Shown here piece after piece: positions 13,173 through 24,349 of a stretch of DNA of 64,000 nt. The position numbers were made by a program, and so were the translations under genes. Under the pieces are notes generated by a model, which was not told the DNA's origin, did no database searches, and worked only from the letters and a program-made list of their open reading frames with translations. Each line of letters begins with the position of its first letter. The stretch's first letter is position 1. This DNA comes from Eledone cirrhosa (taxonomy: Eukaryota). The DNA lies in NCBI GenBank assembly GCA_964016885.1, contig OZ024747.1, forward strand, positions 64,108,001 to 64,172,000, in the 5' to 3' direction.

Positions 13173-13479
13173 CCTTATATTTATCCCCTAATGCTAATTT
13201 CAAACTTTACTATAATGATTAAATGTTTGTTCATATTGAGTAAACCACACATTATTACTGAAGCCAATCCTGTATTTTGACAGCAATTTTCACTCCAGTT
13301 TTATGTTTGTTAAATAATCGATAGGACGAGAAGTAGAAGGATGAACATTCAGCTTTTATAACTAATTATTTTAGACGTATATAAATGCTGACGATTCTTT
13401 GCTAGTATATTAAATGGACGCAGTTGCGAGAATCTATATAGTACAATATAGTTAATACAACGCCACTCAGCACTGTTTC

Positions 13480-13553
<74 letters not shown>

Positions 13554-13555
13554 GT

Positions 13556-13772
13556 GAAGGCGTGTGGCTGAGTGGTTAGAGAATTGGATTCACATTCGTA
13601 AGGTTGTGAGTTCGATTCCTGGACCAGGCGATGCGTTATGTCCTTGAGCAAGACACTTTATTTCACGTTGCTCCTTCTACCTGGAATTGCGACCGATAGA
13701 TAGTATTAGCAATTGGAAAGACCAACGGAAACATTGTTCCCTCGGTCCGATTTGACGAAAGTCGATCGTTCC

Positions 13773-13775
<3 letters not shown>
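13556..13775 (+). mobile_element. SINE family B copy
   Basis: TGGCTGAGTGG A-box, GAGTTCGATTCC B-box, ATGTCCTTGAGCAAGACACTTT core. Confidence 0.88.
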
Positions 13776-13808
<33 letters not shown>

Positions 13809-13811
<3 letters not shown>

Positions 13812-13982
13812 GAACACTGGGGCGTTATATCCGTAGTAGTAGAGCACACAGTCCATGGGACGAGTTAGGTAGAAGTAGTTCCACAACAGTTAGTCCACCA
13901 TACCGAGAACAAATGTTCGAGCTGAGGATCCGCATAAGATGAAACATTTGTTCTCGGTATGGTAAACTAACTGTTGTGGAAC

Positions 13983-13987
<5 letters not shown>
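13809..13987 (+). mobile_element. (TA)n-embedded Penelope-like mini element with inverted ends and hammerhead motif
   Basis: Inverted arms 13874-13918 / 13941-13986; cgag CTGAGGA tccgcataagat GAAAC attt GTT ctcg at 13918-13956; (TA)n on both sides. Confidence 0.72.
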
Positions 13988-14015
<28 letters not shown>

Positions 14016-14018
<3 letters not shown>

Positions 14019-14148
14019 ATAATAATAGATTTGAAGACTAAAATCCAAAGAGGTCTCGATAAGGATAAATATATATATTCAGAAGATCCCGTTAAGGGTG
14101 AAAGCAGCGATTCTTTGCTTAAACTTTAATCTGTTATTTTAATAAATA
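14016..14148 (+). mobile_element. (TA)n-embedded element, internally deleted relative of 62822-63165
   Basis: Its two halves match the reverse complement of ~63105-63165 and 62822-62890. Confidence 0.85.
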
Positions 14149-14165
14149 AATATATATATATATAT

Positions 14166-14335
14166 TAGGAGGTCATGCTGCCTGCCAATAAAAACACGCA
14201 AATTTCCAGCTGGTTGGTTTAATAACCAGATGGTTGTTTATTTGTTGTCAAAGCTCTTTTGTCACACATTCTGTGACCTCCTTAGTGACTGATTTGCTGT
14301 TTTATGTCTGTCCTTTGTTCTTTTCCACAGCATCT
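14166..14335 (-). mobile_element. Penelope-like terminal fragment with decayed hammerhead (14247-14289)
   Basis: Homologous to 26425-26615; minus strand gtca CTAAGGA g gtcaca-gaatg-tgtgac AAAA gagc TT tgac. Confidence 0.7.
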
Positions 14336-14354
14336 TGTTTTTGTGTGTGATAGA

Positions 14355-14572
14355 TTAGCAGAATTGTTAGAGCGCTGGGAAATTGCTTTTTGCTATTTGT
14401 TATGGCAGTTTACAGTCCGAGTTCAAATCCGACTGCGGTAAACTTTGCCTTTCCTCCATTCAGGGATCAATAACCTCATCACGTATTAAGGTACTCATCA
14501 CGTATTAGGGTCAATATAACCACCGTTTCTTTCTCCACAACTTGCTGGCCTTGTGTGTAAATTACAAACCGT
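14355..14572 (+). mobile_element. Older SINE A-related copy
   Basis: GAGTTCAAATCC, CTTTGCCTTTCC, TTGCTGGCCTTGTG; internal tandem duplication ctcatcacgtatta. Confidence 0.75.
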
Positions 14573-14634
14573 TATATATGTAGCACATTTATTTTATACA
14601 AGTGTATTTCAACAAATATTGTATTCGTTTATAA

Positions 14635-15010
14635 AGGCTTATGGCTTAGTGGTTCGAGTGTTTGATTTACGACACAACGTCGTGAGTTTGATTCCCCGCA
14701 CCCCGTGTTGCTCTTAATCAAGAGACTACATTTACCGTCTAGAACAAAATGTGCTACCGAGAACCCAACTCACGACGTTAAGGTCGTGAATCAAACCTCC
14801 GTCAAGCCAATGTTTTCAGCTAGAAAAAAATTGAGCTGCACTTGTATTAATATTTTAAAGGTACAAACTTGTCCCATAATGTGTTGCACTGAATCACCCT
14901 GAGAACTATGCTAGGTATCTGTGTACACGTTAATTTCTCGATTTCTCGAGCAGGCTGTTCCGTTATTCCTTCATCTGGAACACTCATCTTCGGAATAGAC
15001 AGAGTTCCAA
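14635..15010 (+). mobile_element. SINE family B copy with internal insertion
   Basis: TGGCTTAGTGG head; tail GAGCAGGCTGTTCCGTT shared with 22441-22767 and 35551-35852. Confidence 0.75.
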
Positions 15011-15119
15011 TGACAACAACTTCAACATATTTTGTATCTATTCAAAAATGAATTAAGAATAAGCAGAAACAATGGTTTGTTCCATAAGTATATTGTCATA
15101 GATATTGGTTTGAAAGGAT

Positions 15120-15472
15120 GGTAGATATAATATATGGGGGTATAGATCCGTAACTGCTGATAAAGCTGCACGGATGGCGTGCTGACATACAGCGTGCCTT
15201 GGGCATTTAAAACCTGGTGGAGGTCGTCACGTCTTCAGGTTTGAACAGCTAATTTCCTCCTGAGAAGGAGAAAGAGAGTGATAGAGAAGAAGTGAGAAAG
15301 ATATATAAAGGAAGAATCGTCCGTAGTGCTGGACTGGTACTTTTTTATCGACCGCAAAATGATTAAAGGCAAAGTTGGACTTGGCGGGATTTGAACTCAG
15401 AATACAGAAACCAAAAAGAATACCGCGAACCATTCTTTCTGATATTCTAATGACTTGGCTAATTCATTGCCT
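15120..15472 (-). mobile_element. SINE A-related head with an alternative long 3' tail
   Basis: Head 15315-15472; tail (CTTGGGCATTT...) also found at 29215-29390 and more weakly at 18020-18180. Confidence 0.65.
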
Positions 15473-16046
15473 TGGAATATTCAAAACAAGGGTTACATTA
15501 TTAGTTAAAAACACAACAAGAGAGGACATTAAGTCGAAATAAAACACGTGTAGATTAACATAATCAGCTTACATGTAAACTATCTCCCAAAATCCTTTTT
15601 AGAACATCCAATTATTTCCTCAATAATTTATTCTGGTTTACGTTGGTCTGTCGTTTCAGATTCTTCTTTTTTTATTTTATAATTTCTGGACTTATAGCTT
15701 AGGAAGTAATTATATTCCTTTCTTTATCAGTTTAACTTTTCTTAATCTTTTTAAGTTCGGGTTTAAAACGACTCAGTTCAGAAATCATTGATATGTGAAA
15801 CAACAAACAGTCAATAAAACCAGTGGAAAGATCAGCAGTGTATATTTAGTCACGAGTTCTGTGACCAACGAACACTCAAGGGAAAATTGTGTGAATATAA
15901 AAACAACACAGTCAACACTAAGTAATTAACGAATGCTTAAGTAATTTTCATCGTTGCACCCATGCCTGCACATTGCTATATATGTGGAAGGGCTAAACTC
16001 TACTGTGTTGCTAAAGATACACTGCCGTACTATAGATACACTTCGT

Positions 16047-16257
16047 TATCGGTAGAAGGTCGGTCGCCATGCTTTCCAGCATAGTTACGTCCCCTAACGA
16101 TCTGAGTTCAAATCCCGCCGAGGTTGACTTTGTCTTTCATCGTTATTGGGTCGATAAAATAAAGTATCAGTAATGCACTGAGTAATTGCTGGCCTTGTGC
16201 CAAAAGTAGAAACAGTTGTTACTGATAAAATTTGGTTGATTGGCAGTATCGGTTGAG
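16047..16257 (+). mobile_element. SINE family A lacking its first bases, followed by an isolated 5' head (16234-16257)
   Basis: Body 16047-16217; downstream GGTTGATTGGCAGTATCGGTTGAG. Confidence 0.88.
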
Positions 16258-17714
16258 TCTCTCCTCCTCCTCATTCCTTCGTGACAGTAGACTCCTTGCC
16301 TTTCCCTTCTTTTTCCGTTTTTTCTTATATTTTACATTCCATTACATTCTGTTTAAAAAACATAATTACATTTTGTAATATGGCTTCCAAGTAAGCAAAG
16401 ATTATCTTCATTTCTATAATACATTATAATCTAGTAACGCCTGCTAGTGGTTCATTAGTTCCCTGCTAATTTTGTTATTCACATACATTCAGCCGAACGC
16501 TTATAACATAGTTTTAAACACATAGAAAGTATTTATATATAACCATTAGAACAATAAAATATTTCTTTTACAAGAGTTATTTTTTTGTATTTCTTTTCGA
16601 TTATTTGACCTTTTCCAGGGCACGTGTGACTGATGTATGTGAGGAAGTTTAACCCCAGACCGCACACCTGATCCAAATGTTTTGCAGCTTGTAGTGCTTG
16701 ATTTAATAGAAAATTAGCTGCCATCTCTAGCAGTCCAATTGGCTACGTTGGCTCGAATGACTCACAATATACATTTTTAGGATACATTTGTGAATTGAGA
16801 ATAGTTAGTACTTTATAGCTCTATTATACTCTCGCTATAAAGAACAAATGAAGCTTAGTTTATGTAAAGAAGTTTCTTGCGAATTTGGTTCAAGTGAAGT
16901 ATGCTGCAAAATCAATTCTCATTTGGGAATTTGGGAAGTAAAGAGCATATAACTCTTGATGGATTATGTTCATTAATTGATGCGTAAATATCAGGTTTTT
17001 TTCGAAATTTCACCTGTAATAAATTTATCAACATTTTTTTATCGGAGGAGATTAGATGGTAAAGTCCTCATTTCTAGGTAGCTTAATGGAAAACGACGTG
17101 AGGGAATCAAACTCATCAATTAGAATTCAATTAGTTTTATAGATTAATGATCCAATTAAAATCAGATTTATAATTTCTTTAGAGGTTAAAAAGAAAATTT
17201 AAGCAATTTCGGAAAAGCAGAAACTTCTTTCACATGAGGGATGATGAAGTAATAAATGTTCGAATTAATTATTTTTTATTTCGCTATATGTTAACAATTC
17301 ATCTTGAGAAATATATTTCTACAATCGAACTCACAAATCAATATTTTTTAGAAGTAAGCTATATCGAGGACTGATTTTAACATTTATTTATAGTTTGGGA
17401 GTTTTAAACCGAGGAAGGTGAGGACTGACATTGGCGTTAGAAAGTTGGATAAAATGATTTGAGAAAATTATTTTTAGGTTCCGAGGACAAATCCTGCTTT
17501 TGGAAAAACTAAAATACTTATTAGGTGCTAGGTTTCATTCAATCGAATCATAGTGACTCTCAGGCTACCTCAAACAAAAGGTTACAGTTAAGAATCCTGA
17601 ATCAATAGTTTTAGAGATGCCTGCGAGTAAATATCAGTTAAGGCTGTGTGCTCCAACGGCCATAGTTTTCTTCTGAAGAGCAGTGACTCGTGCTGTTAGT
17701 AACTTTGAAAGAGA

Positions 17715-17933
17715 TAATGGTTTATGGTTTAGGCACAAGGCCAGCAATTTTTGCAGAGGGGAAAGTCGATTAAATCGACCCCAGTTCGTGACTGGTACTT
17801 TATTTTACTTACCTCGTAGGGATGAAAAGCAAAACTACCCTCGGCGGGATTTGAACTCAGAACGTAAAAGACCGTAACTTTATGCCGCGAAGCAGGGTGG
17901 TCGACGCTCTACTGATACTGCCAAACCACCGCC
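17715..17933 (-). mobile_element. SINE A long variant (~220 bp)
   Basis: Carries the extra GGGGTCGATTTAATCGACTTTCCCCTC segment; imperfect TSD tttgaaaga-ata-t. Confidence 0.88.
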
Positions 17934-19589
17934 GTTTTGAAAGACATAGTAATGAAACAATTTCACATAACAGAATTCCTATGATCTACGTGATATATGG
18001 CGCCATAGATTTATATAGATATATGCACCCGTAACCTCTTATCGAGCTTTAGTAGCGCAGTCTTGTGAACCTTAAACAAAGAGGATCCGATCCCTTTTCA
18101 ATGTCTGAACAGAACAGACATCTTCTATATGAAAGAGCGTGATAGTGGTAGAGTTAAAAAGCGATGGAGAGAAAGAATAGATCACAGTAACGGATTGGCC
18201 ATTTGCCATTTTTCCATCGATTTCGAAAGGATGAAAGGCAAAGTTGATATCGGTGGAATTTGAATATAGAAAGGGTAAAAAGCACTATCAGACGTTCTAA
18301 CCATTCTGCTAATTCACAGCTTGCCATATAATTTACAGGGATGTTTTTATAAACAAGAAAGATCGATGTTGGTGATGCAAAAAATTTCTACAGGTGGCAG
18401 TTCTGCAGAGGAGGGTTTGTGGAAAATTGTTTATAGCAGAGTTTGCTGAGAAGGTAAAACTTAACAAGCGCAACAGAAAGACGAGATATTAGTGGGTTAA
18501 GTGTTACTGGAAGAAATAGGTATGTAACTAATTTGTTCAGTGGAGCAAAGTTAATTAAAGTAATAGTAGCATATGACGGAGATATAGGAAGCGGTGAATT
18601 GTATGTGGATGAAAATTTTGCAGAGTATTAGAATCAATCCTTTACAATCAGAAAATAAAAGGCCTTTATATGAATATTCTGATACATTTTATCATTGGAG
18701 TTAAAGAGAATTTTCCCGATGAATGAGATTGTTTCTGTCTATTCATAAAATTGCTTGCTAGAAACAAGATATACATAGAAATTGATTGCTTTTCATCTCT
18801 CACGAATTTGAAAAAAATGATTGTTACAAGAATTATAATAGATTTTAGATTTTTATTCAAAAGGTTTCTTCAAACTTTGATATTATCTTACTGGTTGCTA
18901 AATACGTCAGGTTTTGTGTTGAACAAAATGTGTATATAAACATGTAATTATTCTAACTTTTCTTTCTATCTTCCATGTAAAATGGTGCAAAAATTACGTA
19001 ATAATTTGATAAATTCATTTAAAAACAAAACTTCCCAATTTGTTTGTTAAATCACATTTATGTTTTACAGATTTATATTTCTTAAACATATAATTTAAAT
19101 TATCTTTTTTTTCAGATGATGTATTTTTACATCTGATTTCCAGAATCACGTTTTCAGCTGTTATTTCTTTAAATTCTCTCAACGTAAGATAATCTGTGTT
19201 TATAGTTTAACATTGGAATTATCTGATAATCATATTTTGATAACAGATCAAATCTTTCCTATTTTCAGTTATTTTCTGTGAAAATTTTCCTGTTACACCT
19301 ATTGTTTTTCTTTATCAAATATTAGTATTTCATTTTAAGAATAGGGATTAAAAATAATAAAGCCACAATTGATGGAAGAACATGCTAACAAGATGAGATT
19401 AAAATCACAAGTTAAATATCCGCGCATATTTTGCAGTTTATTGAATATCACATTATATTTGTTCTACTTGTTTTAATACATGTTGAATGTTGGTAAATAC
19501 CAATTTAAATATATACATAACTTCTCAAAGTTCAACGAAAATGATTATTTTAAGAAAACTATTTTATTAGTTCATTAATATGGATGTCT

Positions 19590-19933
19590 AATTTAAGCAC
19601 AAGTCTAGTAAATTTGAGTGAAGGGAAAGTAAATTAAATCAACCTGGGTACGCCAGTGATGTTTTATTTTATTCACTCCTGGAGATAGGAAGCAAAATTG
19701 ATTTCAGTGGGATTTGAACTCAAAACAAATAATTGTTACATAAGGCCAGCAATTTGAAGGGGAGGGAAGTCAATTAAATCTACCCCTGTACATTACTGGT
19801 TTACTTATCGACCCGGTATGGTTAAAGGGAAAGCTAGCCTCGGCAAGATATGAATTCGGAATGTAAATGGCCATAACTCTGTGCCGCGAAGCATTGTGTC
19901 CGCCGTTCTACCGATACTGCCAATCTACCGCCC
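19590..19933 (-). mobile_element. Two stacked SINE A long-variant copies
   Basis: Consensus matches at ~19590-19725 and ~19735-19933. Confidence 0.8.
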
Positions 19934-20128
19934 TCACTCAATCGAAATAATGCAATGGCAATTTTATATGACATCGCTCTATCAATGCTAGTAATACAAC
20001 ACTCCTGAGTTCATTAAATATTAAACATACTGTTATCATTACATCTCAGAACAGTCCTGTTAGTAGTTTAAAACGCAACACAACCGTATATCGTTATAGT
20101 CACTTCTTTAACTTTGTTTACTCTAAAG

Positions 20129-20421
20129 TAGGTATGGGAAACCTTTTCCAAGAAGCGGACTGCATGAGATATGGCTCATCATCAGGCGGGCCGGGCTGCA
20201 AGCGCTTATTTACATTCGGGGACACATTAAAAAGAGGCGGTAACTCAGGTTGACTTGATTTGTTTCTTCAGAATTCGTAGACGTTGTTTTCCTCGATCTT
20301 AAAAATGATAGAAAGAAAATTTACGACTGAAAAGTTGGGTAAAAAAATCAAAAAGATTTCACTTAGGTGACTTAGGTGAGCCATTCAGAAAGCTCCGCGG
20401 GCCGCAGATTGCCTATGACTG
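20129..20421. mobile_element. hAT (Charlie-like) MITE
   Basis: 8-bp TSD ctctaaag / ttctaaag (NTCTARAN type), imperfect TIRs, subterminal GCGGGCCG motifs. Confidence 0.8.
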
Positions 20422-22440
20422 TTCTAAAGTGTCAAACTATTTCGGCAAACATCTACGAACTAGTCACTATAACAATTTTAATATTACTTGCTAGTGTCAT
20501 TCACTAACATACTATAATCTCTATTCCAAAGATGTATTTCGTCACACTGCCCTTTCAGTTACCGTGACCATTGTCCTTCAGAGCTAGCCCATATCACAGA
20601 TTTTACCAACTTCCCCATCTTCCCCTCGTCATTCATAATGTGTCGACTTCATAGATATCTAGGGACACACACGAACTATCAATTTTTTATAGTTTACCCA
20701 GGGAAGGAACAAATCACACACAACCGTTTACGTTTTTCAATGCCTCTGTGATTGCTAGGATGAAAGGAAAAACTTATATTCAAACCAGTGGTCTGAATCG
20801 AATGTCTAAAACTGTCTACTATGTTGACCACACTCACAGGTCAATTAATAGTGTTAAATCAGATCAAGATTATATCAGGACACTCCTACTCAGGACACCC
20901 CAACTCAGAACAACCCCATTTACCCGTATGAACGAATTGCATCATTCATATTTTGATCTCACTAAGCCTCCCATTAATAACATATTTGCCAGAACTTTCT
21001 ACTCAAGAACGCCAGCCTCTAAAATTCACCGTTGATCATGTATCATCTGCAGATGTTAGCTTGAAATTGATAAGACTAGCATCAATCTCATCCATGTAAT
21101 GTCTCGGCGGCTCTGTTAGGGCCGTAGACGGTTGGATTTAAAATCAGAACGCAGAGATCTGGATGTAAATAGCTCCTTGTTCAAAACCTAAATCCTTCCC
21201 TTGGAATTCTCTCACATTTTCCTTAAAATTGTCATATTGCAATTTTTTCAAGAAACACATCAATCGCCTTACACTCACTTGACTGGGCAAATCCACAAAT
21301 ACCACACGTACAACACCTTATTTCCTCCATACACATTTCCCTCTCTCTCTCGACATATGTATGATTGTGTGGTGAAGAAGTTGCCTTCGCAACTATGCTG
21401 CTTTAGGTTCTATCGAGTTGCGTAGGAACTTCGGCAAGCATGTTTTATAAACTTGAACTGACCAAGCCCATGACCATCCCATATATATATATATATATAT
21501 ATGGAGGTGGGGGGGTATCTGTGTGTGCGTGCGTGTATGCCTGTGTGTGTGTGCATCTGTGTCTTGATTTATGTTATGCAACGTCGGAGTTCGACCAAAA
21601 GCGATCGATGAAATAAGTACAAGACTTGGAGAAATATGTACTGGGGTTGATATGATAAATTAAATTATAACAGAGCTAAAGTTTAATGAACGAAATCAGT
21701 AAAATAATGGTTTCTGATTTAAGCACAAGGCCAGCAATTTTGGTGGAGGGGGAAGTCGATTAAACCAATCCCACAGTACGTGACTGGTACTTTATTTTAT
21801 CAACCCCCTCCAAATGTGCTAGAAAACAGAAAAACCTTATTTGTATGTGCACTGTCTACTAAATTACGGAATCTATTAAAACACCTTATTATGTCGTATA
21901 TTGCACAGGGAAATGAAAAGTAAAAGATCTTTTGTTCAGAATTTTGTATATTCAAGTTAGTGGAGCATAAATAACAACTGAAGGTTATTGCTTATCGGCT
22001 GACCTTCAAAGTAAAGCTCATTCATTTAACGTATCCATATATGCATTGCTGAACTGCATGCAATTGCTTTCTTTTAAAAACATCGCTCTATTTTCTTATG
22101 ATAAACAAACAAACAAAGAAAATTAAATGGAATTGGGAGCGGAATATATTCCGTTTGAATTAAATTTATAGAAAATATTAAGAAAAATAAATACAACAAT
22201 GATAAAGAAATCAAAACCTAATGTAAAATAACAAATAAGTACGCGTATTTCCAGATAACTAATAAATTTCTCAATATATTCGATACGATGTTTTTAACAA
22301 TAATTGTACTTGTAGTAATGAAACAGACGGGAAAAAAAATCGATTGATTTTAGGGAGAAGACCAACTACAACAGAATATTTTCTTGTGGATTACACAGTC
22401 CAATTGCTTACTTCTGGGAAAGGTACTAGTTAGAGGAGTT

Positions 22441-22767
22441 TCACTGGCACTCCGTCGGTTACCACGAAGAAGTGTTCCAGTTGATGTGATCAACAGAACA
22501 GTCTTCTCGTGAAACTAACGTGCAAGTGGCTGAGCATTTCACAGGCACGGGCACATTTAACGTAGTCCTCAGGGAGATTCAGCCTGAATCAGAATGTGAC
22601 AAGGCTGGCCCTTAAATAACAGGCAGAACTCATTTTCCAAGCTGAGTAGATTGGAGCAACGTGACATAAAGTTTCTTGTTGAAGGACACAACGCACTACC
22701 GGGAATCGAACTCACAAACCTACGATTGTGTACTGAATACTTTAAACACAAAGCCACGCGACTTCCC
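22441..22767 (-). mobile_element. Full-length SINE family B
   Basis: B-box GAGTTCGATTCCC on minus; 12-bp TSD agttagaggagt on both sides. Confidence 0.9.
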
Positions 22768-23029
22768 AGTTAGAGGAGTAAGGTCAGTCTTAATGCAGAA
22801 TAAAATGTCTAAACTAAAGAATTAGAATTATTTACTGTCAGTTGTTTACTCGTTTATTATCTTATTTCTCTATATCCTTTCATCGTTCAAGGCTAAAACC
22901 ATGTCAGAGTACTGCAATCAGTATATGGATGAGAAAATTATAACCTAGCTTGCAACGTATTGTATAATATATAAGCATCATTTCCATTTAACTACATTGA
23001 AGATTGCATTAGATTACATTACATTGAAG

Positions 23030-23074
<45 letters not shown>

Positions 23075-23099
23075 TTATATATATATATGCATATATATA

Positions 23100-23441
23100 G
23101 TGGTGATGAGATGCTTTTGGAGAATCCTGGGAATCTCCTACACACAGCATGTGAACGACTTTGATCACAGTGAAGAGGAGAAGGGTGAGGTGGTATGGAC
23201 ATGTAAGAAGATTAGATGGACTCACAATGGCGATTCTCCAGAGAACGGTGCGGGGGGAGAGAAAGCGAGGAAGACAGAGAAAGCAGTGGACAGACAACAT
23301 AGCCGAGTGGACAGGAAAGAACTTTGCCACAACCCAAGTACTCACCCATGACTGTCAGAGATGGAAGCAGTTGGTGCAACGTTCAACAGTGCATTGTCCC
23401 AGCGAACCCGAAAAGGCTTAGGGGTCCATGATGAAGATGAT
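23100..23441 (+). pseudogene. RTE-clade LINE 3' end inserted in (TA)n
   Basis: MRCFWRILGISY, then VKRRRVRWYGHVRR..ILQRTVRGERKRGRQRKQWTDNIAEW; GAT-type tail. Confidence 0.9.
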
Positions 23442-23451
23442 TATATATATG

Positions 23452-23519
<68 letters not shown>

Positions 23520-23631
23520 GAATTTTATTTCTCGCGCCTAGCACATTTATGTAAGTATGCACACGAACGCACACACACACATTATACACACGCACACACA
23601 CACATTATACATACACACACACACACATTAT

Positions 23632-23676
<45 letters not shown>

Positions 23677-23724
23677 CGCATATATACATATACATATGTA
23701 CCTATAGGTTATATCGAACATTAA

Positions 23725-23913
23725 TAATTGTTTCTACTTTAGGCACAAGGCCAGCAATTACCCAGTGCATTACTGGTACTTTATTTTATCGACTCCGTAA
23801 GGATGAAAGGCAAAGTAAACCACGGCGGGATTTGAACTCAGATCGTAAAGGGACGTAACTATGCTGGAAAGCATGGCGTCCGACCCTCTACCGATACTGC
23901 CAATCCACCGCCC
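23725..23913 (-). mobile_element. Young SINE family A, full length
   Basis: 24-bp perfect TSD taggttatatcgaacattaataat at 23705-23728 and 23914-23937. Confidence 0.95.
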
Positions 23914-24349
23914 TAGGTTATATCGAACATTAATAATAATGGTCGATTCGTTTGTAAACAAACCGCCCGATTTGAAGCTACAATAACACTATCTCCTGCA
24001 CCGAAGCACACAGTTGTTATCATGCATTTCAATCGAGATTCCAGCCTTCCCAACAATAGAACTAGACTAAATATAATATTCATAAAACCTTTGTGTATTT
24101 TTCTGTTTTTCTAAAATTGTATGCTGAAACTGATATTGTTGTACACTTTTAGCGTCACATTCCTTTGTTAATTTGACATGGGAAATAAACAAGGATACGG
24201 CTCACTAGCGAAATAGTAGACACATAATCAAAACGAATGATATTCATCTCACAGAAGACAAAGTTATGGAGTGAAAGACAAATAGAACTGGACGATCGTG
24301 TAGATCATGATGTCTCTTCTGATAAATAGACGTTGAGCATGTATTACTA

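Noticed and set aside
15191-15259. Exon-like segment on minus with good splice sites
   Set aside because: Stops in all three frames and lies inside a repeat tail.
18400-18830. Faint Penelope RT echoes on minus (FNSNDKMYQ, LQNFHP)
   Set aside because: Too degenerate to call without a profile search.
19116-19183. Plus-strand exon-like segment (ttttcag...|gtaaga), one open frame
   Set aside because: Peptide unrecognisable, no partner exons; such signals arise by chance in AT-rich DNA.
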